Positions 41,122-51,938 of a DNA stretch of 64,000 nucleotides are shown here, piece by piece. The stretch's first letter is position 1; each line of letters begins with the position of its first letter. Made by a program: the position numbers and the translations under genes. The DNA lies in contig CM022677.1 in NCBI GenBank assembly GCA_012295275.1, forward strand, positions 17,298,001 to 17,362,000. Direction: 5' to 3'. The stretch is from Chrysomallon squamiferum (Eukaryota > Animalia > Mollusca). The notes beneath the pieces are model-generated. The model was not told the DNA's origin and did not search any database. It was given only the letters and a program-made list of their open reading frames with translations.

Positions 41122-42681
41122 ACAAACACTCAAAAATACTTGCAAAAATGTCAAGTCGTATTTTTCTGTACACCGTTCGTGCGTATGGAAATATTTTCTG
41201 GTCCTGAGGTCGAGTTTCTCCATTGCAGAGTGATGGAAACGTGGCACCATAAGTGAGATACTTAAAAGTGAAGTACTCGCTTGGGTTAGCTGTCATGTTG
41301 TGACAGTACACTTTTATTTTCTGATAGGGCAGTTTAGGCGGCCATATGTTATATTCGCCATCTTTACTATGTCCTCTTTTTTTCAGATCTCTGCAGGAAT
41401 TGGGTTTGTCTGAAAAAAAATAAAAAATAATAATAAAATAACATTTGTTAATGGTGGGGAAAATATTAAAAAGAGGTCATTTTTTTTTTTTTTTTTTTGA
41501 CTTGTGATGAATGTTATAAAGTCCTTTATGATCGAGTAGTAAACTGAAAAAAAAATTAAAAATAAATTATTATGATTATTATAAATATTAACAAAAAGTG
41601 TTTTACATGTAATTTGAAAAAAATTGAAAAGATGTGATTTGTTTTGCCTATTGTAAACATAAAATGTGTTTTGAAATTTAAAAAGAAAAAGATTTACTAC
41701 TAATAAAAAGTGCTTTGCATGCGTGAAGAACAGATTGAAAAAAAATATAGAAAGCAAGAAAACAATTTGTTTAAAAATTTTGAAACATTTTTTGTATATT
41801 ATAATTAATCTTATTTTAAAATTTAAACCAGAGAAAAATGTAATCTATGGGGTTAGAGAGAACAAGAGAGAGAGAGTATGAAGAGGAGATTAAATGAAAA
41901 TAATGATGACTAAGAACTGATATCATTTGCAAGAAGTTCAGAAATCTATAAAATAATACAAATAATGTTTGTAAGAAAAAAAACAATAATAAATAATAAT
42001 AATAATGATAATAATAATAATAAGTAATATAGTAATAATTATAATTTAGTATAATAATCAGTTAATAATAAAAATAAAATGAAATAATAATAATGACAAA
42101 TAAAATTTAGAAACAATTATAATTTAGTAACAATAATAATAATAATAAAAATAAGAATAAAAAAAAAAAATTCAAATTTAATAATATTTTAGTAATAATT
42201 ATAATTTGAAATTTAATAAAAACTAAGATTCACTAAAAAAAAAAAAAATTTAATAAATAATTAATAGTAAATTTCTTTTAATAATAATATCAGTTTAGTA
42301 ATAGTTTAAGTAATAGTCTAAAACAAACTTCCAGGAGGACAGAACTCTATTCCACAACTCATCCACTGGATGTGAGGATCTTCTGTATAGCACCATGGAA
42401 ACCCTCTTCCATTTGGATCCCTGCAGAAATTCTCTGGCAGATCGGGATAATCTGATTTATGATAATAGTTAGAGCTCCAGTTCTGACACGGTATTCCTGA
42501 GCCAGTAGTTCTTTTTTTCCCAGAATATGCTTTTGATTTACCAGGCACAAAACAATCCCACTCTGAAGGCAAAATGAACAGTTTAATGAAATATCTTCAA
42601 GAAGCGTAACATTACAATTACTCCTTATTAATTAATATTAATAATACTACTACTCTGTTAGTATTACTTTGGTGGTGGTGG

Positions 42682-42718
<37 letters not shown>

Positions 42719-42776
42719 AATAATAATGATAATGATGATAATAATAATAATATTATAAATAATAATGTAGTAATAA

Positions 42777-42849
<73 letters not shown>

Positions 42850-42918
42850 CCACTAATTACTTTAGTAATAATAATAATAATAATTATTATAAATAAGATG
42901 TAGAAATAAAATTATTAT

Positions 42919-42960
<42 letters not shown>

Positions 42961-43074
42961 TAAATACCACTAATTACTTTAATAATGATTATGACAGTAT
43001 TAATAATAATAATTATAAATATACTGATGTAGTAATAAAATTATTATAATTAATAATAATAATAATAACAATGA

Positions 43075-43127
<53 letters not shown>

Positions 43128-43228
43128 TAATAATAATAATAATAATAAATACCACTAATTACTTTAATAATGATTATGACAGTAATAATAATAATTCATT
43201 ATAAAAAATACTGATGTAGTAATAAAAT

Positions 43229-43282
<54 letters not shown>

Positions 43283-44608
43283 CAGATTCCTAGCAGGACT
43301 TGGAACTGGTGGTATTGGAACTGAAAAATAACATTGTAATAAATATTATTGAAATTATAATGTTTCTCATTTCAAGTATATTTTAAAAAGAAATCAAAAA
43401 AGTAATGATGATAAATTTTATTTAGTAATAATAATAACATGATTACATTGATAATAAAAAATTAATACTGATCTAGTAATAATTGACAGTTCTTCTGCAT
43501 TACTTACAATAATTATAATAATAACAATAACAATAATAATAACAATAATAATAATAATAATAATTAATTAATTAATTAATAAATAAATAAAATTGAAAAA
43601 AAAATAAAAATAATTTTTAAAATCAAGCATTATAAATGGGATATAGATTTATGAAATAAATACAAACGAACATTTAGAAAGTAAAAAAAAATAATAATAA
43701 TTAAAAAAAGAAAGAAAATAATTATAAATACAAAAAAATAATAATAATAATAATAATGATATAATAACAATAATAATAATAATAATAATTATTATTATAA
43801 TTATAATTATAATAAAAATAATAATAATAATAATAATTATTATTATTATTATAATTATAATAAAAATAATAATAATAATAATAATAATACGCTGTTTTAC
43901 ACCAGGAACAGGAAGAGGAATTGGTGGTAAGGTGTCTGAAAAATAAAATTGTAATAAATATATTATAACGCAAACTGTAATGTTTCTGATTTCAAGTAAA
44001 TATTTCAAAACATTTCCATATCTAATGAGTCTACATGTTTTACTCAGTTCAGCTTAAGTTGTCACCATTTTCGGCATTACTTAAATAGTGTATCTTTTCT
44101 ATTTGCTAATAATACTACAACACCAAATAATATTACTACTTCATGATAATATTTATTATAATATTTATTATAATATTTATTCTACTAGAAAGCAATTTTA
44201 CTACCAATTTAACCACTACAATAATTATTATTATACTTTCATTACTACTGCTGCTACTAATAATACTAATTATTATTATATTACTATATAGGAATAGCAG
44301 TAGTAGTAGTAGTAAAGTACAAGTAGTACAGTAATTAGTAATATATGACATAATCATTAACTGATCTCTCTCTCCACATGCATACATACATACACAAAGA
44401 CAAACACACTAATACTACCATTATTACTAATTTTGCTGCCACTAATATGCTATGTATACTTCTGTACTGCTATTACCACGATTGTACCACTGTTGTACTA
44501 CTACTACTGCTGCTACAATGAAAACTGCTACTACCACTGTTCCTGTATTCATGTACCTGTGGTTAGTACACAAATGATGGCTAACAGAGTCCCACAGATG
44601 ATCTTCAT
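29188..44608 (-). CDS. Gene B (spliced): kringle-GON-5xTSP1-SerGly stalk-TSP1-like-TM protein, ~750-770 aa
   Basis: 16 phase-compatible exons give an open frame from ATG 44608 to the TM exon; one GC donor; last exon uncertain. Confidence 0.85.
29220..29492. repeat. Near-perfect tandem duplication, ~135 bp
   Basis: acaccttaaagattg...tttttcttaatttatac.gactaa occurs twice. Confidence 0.85.
29621..29729 (-). CDS. Gene B transmembrane exon (VVMKASSMPVSTQYALFAVILILLLLLATGLYFVLQR)
   Basis: cag/GTAAAT, 109 nt, phase 1-2, strongly hydrophobic; same length as the gene A TM exon. Confidence 0.88.
30315..30570. repeat. Tandem repeat, ~80-bp unit, 3 copies
   Basis: gattatacataattcttgaatga occurs three times. 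Confidence 0.85.
30652..30804 (-). CDS. Gene B short TSP1-like exon (VGWSDWAKAFEHSCASDCIRDIVYKRICMDAECEGK...CKGDYCK)
   Basis: 153 nt, phase 1-1; same length as gene A exon 49782-49934. Confidence 0.88.
31155..31178 (-). CDS. Gene B micro-exon GSGMYSGA
   Basis: 24 nt, phase 1-1; homologous to gene A GSGLYSGD. Confidence 0.78.
31500..31523 (-). CDS. Gene B micro-exon ETEEPSEE
   Basis: acag/GTAAAT, 24 nt, phase 1-1. Confidence 0.7.
31926..32120 (-). CDS. Gene B TSP1 repeat 5
   Basis: VDGDWGSW...CSSTCG...[17 protein letters not shown]; 195 nt. Confidence 0.93.
32121..32880. repeat. ~33-bp minisatellite seeded from the TSP1 exon acceptor, with embedded exon-start copies
   Basis: actgaaaacaaatttaactagaacagataaaa units; ccccagtgaccatcc at ~32317 and ~32474. 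Confidence 0.88.
34531..34728 (-). CDS. Gene B TSP1 repeat 4
   Basis: VDGKWGDW...CSMTCG...RECNNPSPQNGGQGCPG; 198 nt. Confidence 0.92.
35755..35949 (-). CDS. Gene B TSP1 repeat 3
   Basis: VDGGWSRW...CSVTCGGPG...RDCDNPKRSPLGKPCKG; 195 nt. Confidence 0.92.
36882..37064 (-). CDS. Gene B TSP1 repeat 2
   Basis: VDGGWGNW...CSTTCGAG...[17 protein letters not shown]; 183 nt. Confidence 0.93.
38282..38458 (-). CDS. Gene B TSP1 repeat 1
   Basis: NGGWSSWQRGFPCGYEC...RQCTKPRPTGTGRKC; 177 nt. Confidence 0.9.
38570..39060. repeat. Purine-rich tandem repeat, ~50-bp unit
   Basis: gaaaagaaaaatgaagatgtattgaaaaaaagaaagaaag recurring. Confidence 0.85.
39749..39893 (-). CDS. Gene B exon, GON part 3 (DFDIFGNDTF...[16 protein letters not shown])
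   Basis: 145 nt, phase 0-1, GTAAGT donor, CGGxCGxCxP motif. Confidence 0.9.
40194..40385 (-). CDS. Gene B exon, GON part 2
   Basis: GMELDVTDSEFA...IPFAQAYDCH...HFHIDLRDTDF; 192 nt, phase 0-0. Confidence 0.9.
40500..41050. repeat. (GA)n/(GACA)n-rich low-complexity tract
   Basis: Direct inspection. Confidence 0.9.
41144..41409 (-). CDS. Gene B exon, GON part 1 (KPNSCRDLKKRGHSKDGEYNIW...KVYCHNMTANPSEYF...YRKIRLDIF), GC donor
   Basis: 266 nt, phase 1-0; very close to the ADAMTS GON N-terminal pattern PxSC...DGEY...C..M..P.EY...KIR.D. Confidence 0.9.
42329..42562 (-). CDS. Gene B kringle exon
   Basis: DCF...YSGKKRTTGSGIPCQNW...[34 protein letters not shown]; 234 nt, phase 1-1. Confidence 0.94.
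43282..43320 (-). CDS. Gene B Pro-rich micro-exon LPIPPVPSPARNL
   Basis: 39 nt, phase 1-1; SPARN shared with gene A exon 60823-60858. Confidence 0.78.
43891..43935 (-). CDS. Gene B Pro-rich micro-exon DTLPPIPLPVPGVKQ
   Basis: 45 nt, phase 1-1, ttttcag acceptor; flank duplicated from the 43282 exon. Confidence 0.7.
44557..44608 (-). CDS. Gene B first coding exon, signal peptide MKIICGTLLAIICVLTT
   Basis: ATG, hydrophobic core, G|GTACAT donor; upstream tgcag acceptor implies a non-coding exon further 5'. Confidence 0.82.
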
Positions 44609-45209
44609 TATGATTCACACTCTTAATCAATCTGCAATGAAGTTTTATATAAATGTATGTATGTATGTATGTATGTATGTATGGATGGATGTATGTATGT
44701 ATGTATCTGAGGTTAGATTTACTACTTAGCTTTTATAACATTTTAATATTTAAAAAACAAAAACCACCAGAAGATTTTTATCATTATTATTATAAAGTGT
44801 AAATTTCACATCATCATCACCATCAATATTATCATTAACATAAACTCGTTAATATAATAATCATTAATATGGTTTATACTCTGTACATATCACTGTTATA
44901 AACTGAATGTTTCACATCAGCATCCACATCATCATTTTTATAAAGTATACATTTTTATTATTACTTACTGTCAGCATCATCAAAATATAAACTGGGCATT
45001 TTATATAATAAATAAATGCTATAAAACTTTGTCAACATTATCATTATTTTTTACTAACTGTACATGTTATATTATAACTGTATATTTTAAAAGCTGTATT
45101 TTGTTATTGTTATTTTTAAGATTTGTTTATTGGTATTGCTTTATTTATTTATTAATTTATTTATTTATATCCGCTTTTATTTATTTATTTATTAAATTTT
45201 ATTTAAATA

Positions 45210-45244
<35 letters not shown>

Positions 45245-45640
45245 TGGTAACTTTGGTGATATATATTAACTGTCAAATCAATAATTTTGTTTGATCAAAT
45301 TAATCAGTAAAAACATTGATCCACGTTTATAAAAAATAAAAATGAACATACATTTGTCAGATTTAATCGACTTAAAATTGACCATATCTGTTGTAAGAAC
45401 TTTGTTCACTATTTAGCTTTTATAATATTTCAAGCTAAAACCACCGGAAGATTAGATATTTATGTTGATTTTAAAGTTCTTTATTTAATAATATATTCAC
45501 TATATAATTATTATTTAATGTTATAATATAAAAATCAATTGAAAATCAATTATTCGACTGTCGATAGTTAAATGAATAATATTAATAATAAACAAAATCG
45601 AAAAAGGATTAAAATAATTAAAAATTAAAATTAAATAAAT

Positions 45641-45830
45641 ACTTACAAAGAATTAAAAAAAATATATATATTATTAAAACAAAACTAAATATGTAGAATG
45701 CTTCATTTTTTTTTTATTTTTTTTTTTTTTTTTTTTAACTTTTTCTCTTAGTGATTAATTTTAGCATCAGTTTTGTCCTAGTTCGAGAGTGAACCGACGA
45801 ACAGCGAAAACTTCCGATATAGAGAGGCGA
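45641..45830 (-). promoter_or_regulatory. Gene B putative non-coding first exon or core promoter
   Basis: GTAAGT donor at 45641-45646; block gaacagcgaaaacttccgatatagaga is conserved with gene A 62515-62555 and contains an ETS-like CGGAAGT. Confidence 0.5.
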
Positions 45831-46455
45831 ATTTATATACTGTAAAACCTCAGTTTCAAAGACTAATAAGGGGGGAGCATCTGTCTAGGAAACCACGAAT
45901 GTAAACATAAAACCCAAATTTTCAAAACGTTAATCTTGAGTACACATCAGCTACATAATATCACAAAATAACGTAAGCAGAATGTACAACATGAAAAAAA
46001 AATTACATACTGTATAATTAGGTAATGAAAATGGTACAGTTGAAATATTGATTGGTGAAGATGGTTATGAGTAGGAAATGGCTTAATTTCATATTTTGTC
46101 ATTATTTCTTTTTTCTGACGATTTTTGTACAGATGACCGATATCCGGAAAACCGAGATCAGTGAAATGTATACATTTATAACTTTTGTTTACAAACAATA
46201 TTAAATCGCACTATGATTGGTTATATAATTTGAGTTCGGGGTTAATTTAACTTTTATAAATTATTGACTAATAAGAATACGTAAATATCTGTTGTTGTTG
46301 TTGTTACTGTTGTTATTATTATTTTATTATCATTATTTTTTTTTTAATATTTGGTATTTCTGAAACAATAAATTATAATACATTTCTTTTAATTTTGCAG
46401 ACTAGGCATGTTAGAACGAGGCCCTGACACCTTTCGTCTGCGAAATGCAATGACC

Positions 46456-46489
<34 letters not shown>

Positions 46490-46892
46490 GAGTGGGTAGG
46501 AAATGGCAGTTATTGTTCTAAGACGAAATTTTGGGATGCAAGTAGCTTACAAAGACTAATATTTTAAATTTCCCTTCTTTTAAAAATATTAAATTTCCAC
46601 ATGTCAAAATATAAAAATAAACTGAAAAATTGGGATTTACTCTGCCGTTTGACTTCTGCAAACTAGACAGTTAAAATAAGGCCCTGACGTCACGCAACCT
46701 TTCGTCTGCAAACTGCAGTAAAGATCTTTAAAAAAAAAAATAATAATAATAAAAAATAAAACAAACAAACAAAAACAAAGATCTTAACATAAGTGGTGGG
46801 GGGCAAATGAGTTATGCAACTAGCCAATATAGATTTTTGAACGAGCGATCTCGTACTGTGCAATAACTAACACATTTTCGTTACGTTATTAT

Positions 46893-46932
<40 letters not shown>

Positions 46933-47014
46933 GTTTCCATTCTTATGAATAAAAAAAATCAGTAAGTTCTTTCTTTTCCTATACAGATTAATAATTTAAT
47001 GAAAAATACTATTT

Positions 47015-47067
<53 letters not shown>

Positions 47068-48454
47068 AATAAATAAATAAAAATTAGATAAGTACTCACC
47101 AAAAAGGAGTTAAAATTAAAAAACATCGTCAGAACAAACATAAAATTTTATTTTTTTATTTTTAATTTTTTAAATTTTTTTCTTTATTTTTAATTATTTT
47201 TTTCTTTATTTATTATTGCTTTTGGGGGTTTTGTGGGGGGTTCTGTTGTTTTTTAAGAACGGTATATAAGAACGATAATTATTATGAAATGAATTAGATT
47301 ATTTAGATAAAATATTATTCATAACGATATTTATTGTTTTAAAACTTACGTGATGAATAATTTTCTATGAAGTCTGCTGTTGTAATTTTGCTATATCTGT
47401 ATTAATTGCACTGTAAATTTATGTTTTGAGTTGAAAAGTTAATTTATCATCTTTTCGCTAATAATAACTGGGATGTTATGCAATGACAAAATCTGAAAAA
47501 CTGAAGACGTTGCTGTTTATGATAAGATATTCCTCTGAAGCTTTGTATTCAGAATTTTTTTTTTTTAATACAATCAATTCAAGTACACAAAATCTACTAT
47601 TGAGAATTTGCATTAAGGTTAGAATAAATAATATCGTGTAAAACAGTCCATTTCCCAGAATGGTTTTTGTGAATAGAAAAAATAAAAAACAATAACTAGA
47701 TGTTAGAGTTGTCAAATGAAAACTTTATTTTCACAAAGGAGTAGGTATGACAGAGGTAGCTATTAGTCCCAAATAAAGGTCAAAATAGTACATAATTTTT
47801 TTAGATATTTCGGCCATTGTTTTGCTTTCCAGATAGATAGATCAAATCTAATGGGCAAGCAAGGTGATATTTTATTCTATGTTCTGACAGATATTACACT
47901 GACCAAGTTCTGTCCAATAGTTATATTATTTATTTTTAGATATACAAGCAAGGTGACTTCAAATAATTTATACAAAGTGATTAATAAATAGACTCTTAAG
48001 CAGTTTTTAGTAACATGCAATAACTTGTAACAACAAGATGATCATTCATGCAGTTATAGTTTAGTATGATGATGATGATGATGATGATTTGTATTACAAA
48101 TGTATCAAAAGATTTAAGACTCATAATCTGTTTCTTATAATATTTGATATTTACTTCGTTTATCAGTCAAATTTTAAGATTTATTATAAATAAGTTTGAA
48201 ATAATATAAACAATAATAAAAGATATCTTAAATTCAAATTAAATATAAGTATAATAACCTGGGTTTTTTTTTTTTTTAAAAACAAATCATTAAAAGGTAA
48301 CTTTACAAAAAAGAAATAATTACCTCTCCAAATCATATTTATTATAAACTGAAGCATATTTAAATATTTTCACCAATATTAACTCTTAAAAATCAACAAT
48401 AACTGAATAATAAAAGTTAATAAAATATAACAATCTTCAGATATTATAATGATA

Positions 48455-48795
48455 AGCTGTGGTGGTGGAATAATTAATAATGTAGTCAAGTTGTGGTAGT
48501 GGAGGTATTAGTGACATAGTCAAGTTGTAGTGGTGTAGTATTAGTCATGCAGTGAAGTTGTGGTAGTTAATTATTAGTGATGTAGTCAAACTGTAGCAGT
48601 GGAAGTATTAGTGATACAGTTAAATTGTTGTGGAGACAGGCATTAGTGATGTAGTCATATTGTGGCAGTGGAGTTATCAGTCATGTAGTCAAGTTGTTGA
48701 AGAGGAGGTATCAGTAACGTAGTCACTTTATAGTAGTGGAAGTATTAGTACTATTGTTCTGTTGTGGTAGCTGATTGATGTTACTGTAGTAGTAA
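48455..48795. repeat. Degenerate ~33-bp minisatellite just 3' of the gene A stop
   Basis: gtggtagtggaggtattagtgatgtagtcaagtt-like units. Confidence 0.8.
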
Positions 48796-48852
48796 TGATG
48801 TCTTTATCTTTCTGGGTTGAACTCTGTGGAATGTACAGACATCGGTATTTGA

Positions 48853-48937
48853 CTAGTACATTTTCACTAAAGACCTCGATATACCTCGATTCTGTATTTC
48901 AATTATTTCAAAAATCCCGCTCTTATTTTGTGGTGGC
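48853..48937 (-). CDS. Gene A candidate last exon, tail [28 protein letters not shown]
   Basis: ttttaacag acceptor, phase 2 matches the TM exon. Confidence 0.55.
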
Positions 48938-50163
48938 CTGTTAAAAAATAAATTAAAGAAAATCAGAGATAACTATCTGAAGATGTATCGATAACATTTA
49001 TAAAAAAAAAAAAAAAAAATTCAAATTTTAATATAATCTTTTGGTCATTACTAAAATATTTTTTTTTGCTTGACCTGTTAGAAATTTAAAGAATAATAAC
49101 ATTCTGAAGATGGCCAAACTCTCTGTGTGCCTGTGTGTGCATGTTTCTGTGTTTTCACTGTGAATGTTTAGAATAATCTTTGATATTAATTAAATTATTT
49201 TCTTAGCTTCTTGTACAGTTCAAAATAATTGATCTATTCATGTTTAAACCTTTCTTTTTTTCTTTTTTTTTTGGACAAATATTAGTGGTCTTTTTCTTAG
49301 AGCTTGTAGTGTCTGGTAATTTAAAGAAAATAATATGAATAAAAAAAACTAATATTTACTGTTTTGTCATCAAATATATTGCCCAGAAAGATAGAAAAAA
49401 CATTAATGCACCAGTATAGAGCAAATATTTGTGCACCACTGAAAGAGCAGATTCTTTCTCTGCAACTGCTACAAAAGCAGAATAAAAATAAAAAAATAAA
49501 AAAAATAAAAAGAAAAATTAATATTAGCAACGAACACAATTATTCTAACGATACATCAACAACATATCCACTATAAGTACTTCAAATAACAACAACAAGA
49601 ATTACTTTTCAGAACAACATTAACTGACTCAAGAATTTTAATTAATTATGTAAATAAAATAAATATCAAATGTTTTTCTTAAAGTGAAGCGTTATGTTTT
49701 GAAAAAAATTAAATTTGTCAATGAAGAGTATTTTTCACATTCTAATTAAAACACAAAGCTTTATATTATTTCACATTTTACCATTACAATGGTCACCCTC
49801 GCAGGCCTCAGTAATCAATATAGTCAGTTTCCCCTCGCAGCCCTCATTAAAACAGTTCCTCCTATACAAGATGTCTCGAGTGCAATCTGATGTACACGTT
49901 TGCTCAAAAAATTTCTCCCAGGGACTCCATCCACCTGTTAGCAGAAGAGTGAAAAATAACAAAATAAATAAGGAAGATTAACAGTATTAGTGATGTCCCT
50001 GCCTTACCATGGGGGTTATGTTCTTACTGAGAATTTACTCAAAGTTTATTTCTTTGTTTTATTATGTTTTAAAGTTTTCTATTTCAGTTATCCATATAGT
50101 TAGGAAATGAATAATGATTTTTATTTTGGTTCTTTTCTTCTTATTATTCTTTGTTTCTTTTTC

Positions 50164-50216
<53 letters not shown>

Positions 50217-51077
50217 TTATACATTTATTTATTTATTTATTTATTATTTTTATTCTTTTATTTATTTCTTTTTTTACTTTTTTGTTCATTTTGTTTTTTA
50301 CTTTTTGTTCATTTTTGTTTTTGTTTTTTTAATGTTAGACTGTAAACATAGATGTGTTGCAAAGGTTATGAATAGAAGAACTGGACAATATTACAAATGA
50401 ATATTATCTAATAAAGACTGGCAACAGTAAATTTAATACTGAATAACACATTATGTGCTGCAAATGAATTTGAATGTGCATGCATCATGTCAATGAATTG
50501 TGTACACATAAAATTACATATTAAATGGGTGATAAAAGTAACATACCATCCCCTGAATACAGACCACTTCCTGAAAAATTATAATATATAGTTGATATTA
50601 TTAATATTTTGAGTTTGTGTGTATTGTGGGTGTGCATGTGTATGTCCACTTAAAATGTAAAACACTAATATAGTAATATATTGTGGTTATTATTAAATGA
50701 AAATATAATAAACAAAACCGTGAAGCTGAAAAATCTGTAAGATCTATAGCTTTAAGTAAACAGTAATTCTGAAAAAAAAGAAAAAAAGAACACAAGAACC
50801 AGACATAAAAGAACAGTTTCATGTGTCAAAACAATGTTTTTGTGTAAAAAAAAAATTAAAATAACAAAAATGTTTCAAATCACCTTCTCCAGAACTGCCA
50901 CTACCTGAAAAATAAATAAATTTTTTTTTTTTTTTTTTAAATTCAATAAAGAAAATAACAGATATATTTATAGAGTTCATTTTACTTAAGACAAAAAGTG
51001 AAAAATTTACAGATTTTAAATTTACAAAGAAAATGTTTTAGTGAAGAATATTGCTCTCTGTAACTTTATTATCATCA

Positions 51078-51109
<32 letters not shown>

Positions 51110-51360
51110 TTGTCTGTTATTATTTTCCAACTTGTTCTTTTTTCATCTTTCTCTTGTTTTGCTCATTCTTTGTTTATTTCACATCCATACCTCTCTCTCT
51201 CTCTCTAGTTTGAGTATATTAAAACAAAATATTAATAATAAATAAAATGATTCGAATTACCTTCTCCAGAAAAGCCACTACCTGAAAAAGAAAGGTAAAT
51301 AATAGAAACAGAGTTCATTTTATTTCAATCAAAAAAATAATATTTATTTATATTTATTTA

Positions 51361-51407
<47 letters not shown>

Positions 51408-51905
51408 GTTTATCCCTTTTTTTTTGATATCATTCTTTCTGCATATAATTTTTTTCTCATTCATTTAGTCTGTTTTATCATTCTTATTCATAAATCTGTC
51501 TTGGTGTATTTCTTTTCTTGTTCATCTCTGTCTCTCTCTCTCAATCACCGCCTTCTGTCTCTGTAGATCTATCTCTCACTCTAATTCATTTCCTTACAAT
51601 CTGTTTTCAGCCTTATTACTTTATAATTATTGTAATTTAAATATCAGGAAATAATAAATAATTTCAAAAAAAACAAGAAAAGAAAAGAAATTCACCTGAA
51701 CCTTGTTCAAAGGCTTCACTAACTGCATTTAAAAAAATAATAAAAATAAATAAAAAATATAATTACATGGAAATGTAGAAGTATTTCTGTGTGTTTGAAT
51801 AGTATCTCTTTTGTCTCATACTCTCTCTTTCTCACACACGCGCACACACACACACACACACACACAATCTTTTTTTCTTTTACACTCTCTACACAAATAA
51901 TAAGA

Positions 51906-51938
<33 letters not shown>

